This document shows positions 1 to 7,420 of a stretch of 11,818 nt of DNA, in pieces. Numbering within the stretch: the stretch's first letter is position 1; each line of letters begins with the position of its first letter. The DNA lies in NCBI GenBank assembly GCA_000388065.2, contig KB932203.1. One strand, given 5' to 3'. The translations under genes were made by a program, and so were the position numbers. Below the pieces are notes generated by a model. That model saw only the letters and a list, made by a program, of their open reading frames with translations. It was not told the origin of the DNA and did not search any database. The stretch comes from Fonticula alba ATCC 38817. Taxonomy: Eukaryota; Protista; Nucleariida.

Positions 1-35
1 GATGGCGCCCTGTCGGTGATCTCCACCCTGGCGGG

Positions 36-77
36 AATGCCGAGTTCCGCAAGACCTCCGAGATGACCCTCAACTCG
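36..77 (+). CDS. Importin exon 1 (partial; NAEFRKTSEMTLNS)
   Basis: GC3-rich codons, resembles the R-x-x-A-E-x-x-L helix of IBN_N, followed by donor GTACGC at 78. The upstream 34 nt appear chimeric. Confidence 0.75.
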
Positions 78-523
78 GTACGCGCAACATCGGCCCTCCT
101 GCCCTTCCCCCGCCGGCCATCTTGCCTGGCCAGCCTGTGCTTGCCCACTCGCCTGCTCACCCTCTCCCATACACTGGCCTCCCTGTCCCTCCCTTGCTCG
201 GCGCGCCCTGCCTGCCCGGGCGGGGACGACACAGCTCGGCAAGGTCCAGGGCTTCACCCCCCTCCTGCTGGAGGTCCTCGGCTCGGAGCAGGTCCCGGCT
301 CCCCTGCGCATGAGCGGTGCGTCCGTCCTCCCTCGGCACACCACCCGATCGAGGAGAAACCGCGCTGACATGATGACACATTGCTTTCCCCCCCCTACCC
401 CCCCCCCCCCCCCCCCCCCCCCATAGGGGGGAGCGCGGCGCCCCCCCGCCGCCGCGCGCCCCCCCGCCCGCCCCCCGCCCCCGGGGGGCCCCTCCCCGTT
501 TTTTTAAACACCGGAGGGGGGAA

Positions 524-572
<49 letters not shown>

Positions 573-3500
573 NNNNNNNNNNNNNNNNNNNNNNNNNNNN
601 NNNNNNNNNNNNNNNNNNNNNNNNNNNNNNNNNNNNNNNNNNNNNNNNNNNNNNNNNNNNNNNNNNNNNNNNNNNNNNNNNNNNNNNNNNNNNNNNNNNN
701 NNNNNNNNNNNNNNNNNNNNNNNNNNNNNNNNNNNNNNNNNNNNNNNNNNNNNNNNNNNNNNNNNNNNNNNNNNNNNNNNNNNNNNNNNNNNNNNNNNNN
801 NNNNNNNNNNNNNNNNNNNNNNNNNNNNNNNNNNNNNNNNNNNNNNNNNNNNNNNNNNNNNNNNNNNCCCCCCCCCCCTGCCACAGCCGCCATCAACCTC
901 AAGAACCTCATCCGCTCGCTCTGGTCGCGCACCCAGCCGGATCCCCTCGGGCGTGAGATCGGCCCGGTTGATCGCGAGGCCCTGCGCGCGCGCATCGTCC
1001 CCGTGGTGACCACCTCGCCGGAGCGCCTGCGCCAGCTGCTCCTGCCGCCGCTGGGTGTGATGATCCGCAGCGACTTCCCGGCCAACTGGCCCGGGCTGAT
1101 TGGCGACATCGAGAAGGCCATGACCGCCGACCACCAGTCGGTCATCATCGGCGGCCTGCACGCGCTGTACGCCACCATGTCCACCTTCCAGTACAAGCAG
1201 AACAAGAAGCAGAACCCCATTCAGGACCTGTTCAACCTGGTGTCCCCCTCCCTGGTGAGCCTCTTCACGGCCTGCATCGCCATGGACACCGACGAGGCGG
1301 CCACCGCCGTGCGCCTGATCATGAAGATCTACCGCACCACCCTGGTCATGAACTTCGGCTCGGCCCAGATTGCCACCTTCCGCCAGTGGTGCGAGCGCAT
1401 GTTCCAGCTGATCCACCGCCCGGTCCCCCCGCATCCGGACTTCGACTCGCTGCCGACCCAGCACGAGCGCGGCATGGGCCCCTGGTGGCGTGCCAAGAAG
1501 TGGGCCTTGCGCATCCTCTCCTACGTGTACCAGCGCTATGTCAATGCCACCAGCTTCCGCAATGCCGAGACCCAGGCCTTCGCCAAGGACTTCAACAAGA
1601 ACATCCTGCCGCCCCTCCTGTCGGCCGTGCTCAACCAGCTGTCCCTCTATGGCTCCGGGCAGTTTGTGTCCCCGCGCGTCCTGTGCATCAGCGTGGAGTT
1701 CATTTCCGAGGCGTGCGTCCTTCGCGTCGCTTCTCCTTCCTCGCGCCTCCCTCCTCGGCTTGCCTCGTTTCCGGCCTGCCACAGCTGACATTCCTTTCGC
1801 TGCTCCATCCTCCCTCTCTCTCTCTCTCTCTTCCCCCTCACTTGCCTCTTCCTGTGGCTCTCCGCCCGGGGGCTCTCGTCGGGGGGGGGGGGGGGGGGGG
1901 GAAACCCCCACCCCCCCCCCCCCAACCACAAAAAAAAACAAGCTCACACACCCGCCTCAACTCCGCCTGGAAGATCGTGCGCCCGCNNNNNNNNNNNNNN
2001 NNNNNNNNNNNNNNNNNNNNNNNNNNNNNNNNNNNNNNNNNNNNNNNNNNNNNNNNNNNNNNNNNNNNNNNGGGGGGGGGGGGGGGGGGGAAAACCCAAC
2101 ACCACCACCGACAACAACAACAACAACAATGCTCCAGCATCCGCCTCAACTCCGCCTGGAAGATCGTGCGCCCGCACTTCGACCAGGTCTTCTCGCATGT
2201 GCTCTTCAAGCTGGTCTGCTTCTCGGACGACGACCAGGAGCTCTGGGAGGACGATCCCCATGAGTTCCTCCGCCGGAAGTTCAACTTCGAGCTGGAGTAC
2301 ACCAACCCCTCGACCGCGGCCATCAGCTGCATCAACCTGGCCGGGGCCCGGCGCAAGAGCACCCTCATGCCGATGCTGCTCTTCTGCATCGAGCGCCTGA
2401 ACACCTACCTGGCCGCCTCGCCGGCCGAGCGGAACTACCGCCACAAGGATGGCGCCCTGTCGGTGATCTCCACCCTGGCGGATGTCCTCCTCCGGGAGGA
2501 GTCCTTCGCCGGGCAGATCGAGCACCTGCTGGCCACGCATGTCCTGCCGGAGGCCGATAGCCCGGCCCCCTTCCTGCGGGCGCGCATGCTCAATGTCCTG
2601 CAGGCCTTTGTCCGGGTGATCATGAACAATGCCGAGCTTTCGGCCGCCTCGCTCACCATCGCGGTCAATGCCCTGCGCCAGTCGGAGCTCCCGCTCAAGG
2701 TCCAGGCCGCCCTGTGCCTGTCGCACCTGATCATGTCGGACCATGTTCAAAACCAAATCCGCCCCCATGTGCAGCCCATCATCCAGGAGCTGCTGGCCCT
2801 GTCGCAGGAGACCGAGCTGTTCGAGATTTCCGGCGTCATCCAGACCCTGGTGGAGACCTTCCCCGAGGAGATTGCCCCCTTCGCGGTGCAGCTCTGCCAG
2901 CAGCTAATCTTCCAGTTCCAGACCATCAACCGCGAGCTGTCGGAGACCGTGTTCGATGAGGACAATGAGGCGGACTTCGAGGCCCACGAGACCAAGTCCA
3001 TCGCCGTGCTGAGCACCATCCAGACCATCGAGCGTCTGGTCACCTCCATGAGCGAGAACCCGGAGGCCCTGCACCAGTGCGAGGTGACCCTGCAGCCGCT
3101 GCTGCTGGACATCATCCAGACGGTCAATGTGGACTTCCTGACCGATGCCCTGAACATCATTTCGGCCTTCACCTACTTCTCCGAGGGCCGCGTGTCGGAG
3201 CTTTCCTGGGCCTACCTGCCGGCCATGGCCGCTGCCTTCAATGGCCAGGGCTTCGACTTCTTCAGCGAGATGGTTGCCCCGCTGGACAACTTCATTTCCA
3301 CCAACCCGGCGGACTTCCTGTCCGACCGGAGCCGCCTCATGACGGTGCTCAGCATGATCCACACCGTCCTCGGGGACACCCCCCAGAGCAAGCGCGCCTG
3401 TGCCGAGGACCGCATCAATGCCTGCCGCCTGCTGGAGACTGTCATCCAGAACCTGGTCCCGCACCTGGGCTCGGCTTATGAGGAGCAGTTCCTGGCTCCG

Positions 3501-4557
3501 GCCATGCAGCTGGCTCTCAGCACCTTGCAGGGTGCCAAGTCCCCCTCGCTGGCGGTGTCCAGCCTGCTGGTGGTCCTGTCGTCGGTGGTGGTCTGCCCGG
3601 CCGGTACCATGGCTGCCCTGCACACGAATGGCCACCTGGCGCCCTTCCTGGCGGTGCTTCTGCAGAACATCAAGCACTTCCACCGGTACGTGTTTTTTTT
3701 TGTTTTTTTTGTTTTTTGTTTTTTTCGCGGCCGGCGGGGGGGGGGACCATTTGGGCGGCGGTGTTTGTTTGTTGCCTTTTCCCCCCTGGCGGCTGGTTGC
3801 CTCTTTTGCTCCCTCCTGCTCATGCTCACATCTTTCCCGGTCGTCCGCCCTCCTTTGTCCCCTGCTCGCGCGCACGCACACACACACACACACCCGCACC
3901 ACCACCACCAACAGTGTCCACGACAAGAAGCTCTGCATCATGGCCATCTGCCATATCCTCGGCCTGCCGGCTGAGGCCCTGGCCGTCATCGAGCCTGCCA
4001 CCCTGACTGCCCTGGCGTCGGCTCTGGCCTGGAACCTGAAGACCATGCCGGTTGCCGTGGAGATGCGCAAGGAGTTCGAGCAGTACATTGCCGAGGAGCT
4101 GGACGAGGGCGAGCTCGACATGGACTTCGATGATGATGAGGAGTTCGATGGTGAGGGCGAGATCGACGAGGACCAGGACCACCCCGGCTACACGGCCGAG
4201 GACCATGCGTACACTCGCGAGCTGGCTGCGCGTGCCGCGCACGCCGGGTCCGCCATGCATGACGGCCTGCCGGCCGGTGGTGACGGCGATGATGACGATG
4301 ACGAGGACTACACCATCTCCCACCGCACTGTCGACGATGTCTTCACCTACCTGCCCAGCCTGGAGGAGGAGTTCGATGTCAAGACCCCGATTGACCCGGT
4401 CAACCCGTATGCCTTCTTCAGCACGGCCTTCGGCCAGCTGGCCACCAACAACCGCGGCCTTGTGGAATCGCTGCTTGGCAGCGTGTCCGCCGAGGAGCGC
4501 CAGGTCCTGGAGGCTGTCGCCGCCAACCCCGCCGCCCTTGAGGAGGCCTCGAAGTAA
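36..4557 (+). CDS. IPO7: Importin-7/8 family nuclear import receptor (karyopherin-beta, SAD2/Nmd5-like); 5 exons, 5' end incomplete, ~1046 aa as seen
   Basis: Spliced by hand: 36-77, 235-316, 887-1712, 2138-3685, 3915-4557; all introns GT..AG with matching phases (0,1,2,2). The join gives NAEFRKTSEMTLNS-LGKVQGFTPLLLEVLGSEQVPAPLRMS-AAINLKNLIRSLW (IBN_N-like), DFPANW, WWRAKKWALRIL, ELWEDDPHEFLRRKF, KDGAL, APFLRAR, VHDKKLC and an acidic C-terminal tract. Recognised from memory of the family; IPO7 vs IPO8 orthology is not resolvable. Confidence 0.9.
235..316 (+). CDS. Importin exon 2 (LGKVQGFTPLLLEVLGSEQVPAPLRMS)
   Basis: Acceptor ACACAG ending at 234, donor GTGCGT at 317; phase 0 in and phase 1 out match both neighbours; the peptide matches the IBN_N PGF..LL..I pattern. 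Confidence 0.85.
573..867. other. Assembly gap (295 N) within importin intron 2
   Basis: N run flanked by a G homopolymer (527-572) and a C run. Confidence 0.99.
887..1712 (+). CDS. Importin exon 3
   Basis: Acceptor CCACAG ending at 886, open frame AAINLKNLIR...EFISEA, donor GTGCGT at 1713. Confidence 0.9.
1987..2071. other. Assembly gap (85 N) within importin intron 3, probably a negative (overlap) gap
   Basis: N run; sequence to its left duplicates sequence to its right. Confidence 0.95.
2138..3685 (+). CDS. Importin exon 4 (Cse1-like/HEAT region)
   Basis: Acceptor CTCCAG ending at 2137, open frame IRLNSAWKIVRPH...IKHFHR, donor GTACGT at 3686. Confidence 0.9.
3915..4557 (+). CDS. Importin exon 5 with acidic tract, stop TAA 4555-4557
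   Basis: Acceptor CAACAG ending at 3914; VHDKKLCIMAI...; D/E-rich stretch (DEGELDMDFDDDEEFDGEGEIDEDQD) typical of importin-7/8 C-termini. Confidence 0.88.
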
Positions 4558-4908
4558 GCAAAATAGACCCGCGAGTGTGTGCACGCGTGTGGTGTGCCCC
4601 CTCAGCAGAGTGGACCAGGGTGGTGTGCGTGTGTGTGAAAGAGAGACAGAGGGGGGGGGGGGGGGGGGGAAACAGGTGAGCCGCATGCGTCCCTGGCTCC
4701 GGTGGACGGACATGGGCTGAGAGAAGGGGCCTTCCCGTCGCCATGCCGTGCGGGTGTCGCGCCTTCCGGCCCTCGATCCCCTTTGACCTGTACACCGCAT
4801 CGGGTGTGGCATGCGCGTGCGCGCTGCACCGTGGCCCCGGTGGAACATTTCTCCGGAGGAGAGGGAGGCGGTGGGGGGCGGGGGGACATGCCCCACCAAC
4901 TCCCAATA

Positions 4909-4944
4909 TGTGTGCGTGTGTGTGTGTGTGGGTGTGGGTGTGTG
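4909..4944. repeat. Imperfect (TG)n microsatellite
   Basis: tgtgtgcgtgtgtgtgtgtgtgggtgtgggtgtgtg in the region between the two convergent stops. Confidence 0.85.
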
Positions 4945-5146
4945 ATGTGGGTGCACGACGCGCACGCACAGCCGGAAAGAAACGCCCGGGACCCTATGTT
5001 CTGTGTCCAACGCACATGCATACGCAGATGCATCTCAAGCTGAATGCAGGAAAAAAGGCAGAGCCGCCAAGCACCCTCCGTTCCGAGCGGAGATGCGCCA
5101 AGAAACACACGGAGAAACCGAGGAATACATCCCCCCGCCCCCTCCC

Positions 5147-5171
5147 CACACACACACACACACACACACAC
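5147..5171. repeat. (CA)12 microsatellite
   Basis: Perfect CA run. Confidence 0.95.
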
Positions 5172-5222
5172 GATGAGAGGAGGTGTCCAAAAGAGCCTAG
5201 AGGGAAATAAAAACGCAGACAC

Positions 5223-5249
5223 AGAGAGAGAGAGAGAGAGGGAGAGAGA
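5223..5249. repeat. (AG)n microsatellite
   Basis: (AG)9 followed by an interrupted continuation. Confidence 0.9.
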
Positions 5250-5822
5250 AGAATGCAAAGGGAGAGAAGTGTATCTTGGGGTGCGCGAGGGAAAGGGAAG
5301 AGGGAAAAGAAGAGAGGCAAGGCAACCGTGTGCGCGGGCATATACACGAGGGAAAAAGCATGGGCAACTTCCCTGCGCGTCTCTCTCTCGCCTGCCCCCC
5401 CCCCCCTCTGCTCACCGCAAGATCGGTGAGCGAGGAAGAAGTGACAGGGGGGAAGAAGAGAAGAAGGAGCCGCACAAGCGAGCACACACGCACACGCCCC
5501 GCTGCCCGGTGGTCCACCCGCCGCCATCGCCCCCTCCCCCGCTCTCTGGGGCAGCACAAAAATGTGAACACACAGAGAGAGGAGGAGGAGTTGAGGCGCA
5601 GGGGGGAGAGAAGGACCGGGTGGTAGAGGGCCGGGTGCCACCTCTCCTCAGCTGGCCGGTGTGTGGCACACGCTCCCGACGACACCCAGCGTCATCGGAA
5701 ACTGGCCTCAGGCACACGACACGGCGGCGGACGCGCGCACTCGCGCCGCGGAGAGGAGAGACGAGAAAGAAGGGGGGGGGAGGAGGGAGACGAGGGGGGG
5801 GGAGAGGAGGGAGAGACCCGCA

Positions 5823-7420
5823 TTAACCGCGGCCCTCACCGAACGGGTCGGCCACCAGGTCGGAGTTGGCCTGGCGCTGGCGCTTACGCACGTGGCGCAC
5901 AACAGCGAAGATGGTGAACATCACACCAACCAGCAGGGCCAGGAAGCCCACCACGCACAGGGCAATCAGGGCCGAAAGCATGGACTTGTTGATGGTATCA
6001 TAGGCATCCATGAAGTCCAGGGCATACTGGGAGGACATCTGCTGGGTGAAGCTCAGCCGGGCCATGCCGAAGATGAGGCCCGAGCCGCCGGCCGGGACGC
6101 TGAACTTGGAGAAGGGCAGGTCGGCGTTCGGGATGGACACCGACTGGACCAGGCAGAAGTTGCTGTGCATGGTCCGACCGGAGGACGGGTGCACAACCAG
6201 CGAGGCAGGGTGGACCCAAGCAGGCAGGTCCTCCAGCGGGCAGATGTCCGGCGAGCCGACAACCGACTGGCCAGACGGGATGTCCGACGTGCAGAGGGTA
6301 TAGTCGAAGGGAACGGCGCTGCCGACGGTGTGCGGCACGGGCACCGGCTCGTTCTTGAAGTGCTCGAAGAGGCTGACCTCGCCGACAACACCCTCCATGG
6401 TCTCGATCTTGAACTCGGCATCGGTGAAGGAGACATCAACCGGGTGGTTGAGGAAGGGGTTGAAGACAACCTGCGACTCGCCGGTGGCCGCCGTGTCGAA
6501 GGGCAGGTGATCCATCAGGAAGACCTTGTCCGCGGCGATGCCCTGGCCCGGGAGGTAGGGCAGGTCGGCACCCGGGGCACTGACACCGGCGATGTCCTTC
6601 ACCTTGTAGGCCTCATCGCGGCGCTTGAAGGCACCGGTGTACATGGTCACACGGGGGGTGAGGAGGCCCTGGAAGAGCAGACCCGGGAACCGAGGAGCGC
6701 CCTCGACCGGGGAGGGGGAGCTGCCGCTGGTCGAGGTCGAGGTCGAGGTCGAAGTGGAAGCCGAAGCCGAAGCGGAAGTCGAAGCGGAAGCCGAGGTCGA
6801 GGTGGAGCCGGAGGTCGAAGCCGGGGCCGAGGCCGAGGTGGAGCTGGAGCCGGTCGGCGGGGCGATGAACTCCTTGCGCTGCAGCTGGCCGCTGAAGCCG
6901 TACAGCCAGTCGGACACGCGGCGCGTGGCAATGATACCGTCGTTGCCAATGAGGTGGGGAATCACATAGTTGGACACGAGGTAGGCCTGGAGGCGCTGGT
7001 GGTCCGCCGAGAGGTTCGAATCGAACAGCTGGGCGTAGGTGGTGAGCTGGGTGTAGGTGTCGCGGCTGGCCGTGGGGTAGGCGGCGTCCGACTTGAAGGA
7101 CAGGTGGTCGTCGAAGGGACCAAGGCGGCTGGCATGGAAGTACTCCGGGAAGAAGGGGATCTCCCGGCCCTCGGCCAGGACCGCGGACACGGAGCAGGAA
7201 GCCTTGGCGGCATCGGTGTGGCAGTCATCAAGCAGGTTGCCGAAGTCCGACTGGCAGTCGGCGATGTTGATGAAGGAGGTGACCCCGGAGCACTGGGAGG
7301 CAGCGTGGGGGAGACCATCGGCGAAGTACTCGGTGGCGAAGTCGCGCGCCCAGTTGCTCATCTGGGTGAAGAAGCTGTTCAGGCGGGGCACACCATCGAA
7401 GCCGAGCTTGGCGGCGTCGG
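5823..7420 (-). CDS. Exon 6 (rest of insertion, S/T/A linker, C-terminal CD36-like segment, second TM, stop)
   Basis: Acceptor ACGCAG ending at 7421, phase 1 gives ...LRF-T-DAAKLGFDGVPRL..., stop TAA at 5825-5823. Confidence 0.88.

Noticed and set aside
385-572. C run followed by G run with internal C/G blocks, resembling a large hairpin or inverted repeat; poly-Pro/Gly ORF 381-956
   Set aside because: Lies at a gap edge and has the noisy homopolymer-rich look of degraded reads, like the demonstrably degraded copy at 1902-1951; no reliable structure can be inferred.
1952-1986. Apparent extra or alternative exon RLNSAWKIVRP
   Set aside because: Exact copy of 2141-2175 with no acceptor; best explained as an assembly overlap.
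157-4121. Long minus-strand ORFs (157-1947, 1944-2768, 2904-4121)
   Set aside because: Antisense shadows of the GC3-rich importin exons; they run through N-gaps and homopolymers and have no independent protein-like features.
5206-5211. AATAAA as importin polyadenylation signal
   Set aside because: Single hexamer about 650 nt from the stop; use of this signal in the organism is unknown and there is no supporting evidence.
4558-5822. Intergenic ORFs of 100-260 aa (e.g. 4743-5210, 5044-5826, 4994-5641)
   Set aside because: Translations are dominated by HTHT/CVCV/RERE/SLSL from microsatellites with no family resemblance; only a short stretch near 4760-4800 has coding-like codons.
5840-5870. Dileucine-type lysosomal sorting motif in the C-tail (ANSDLV)
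   Set aside because: No acidic residue at the -4 position and LV rather than LL/LI; does not fit [DE]xxxL[LI].
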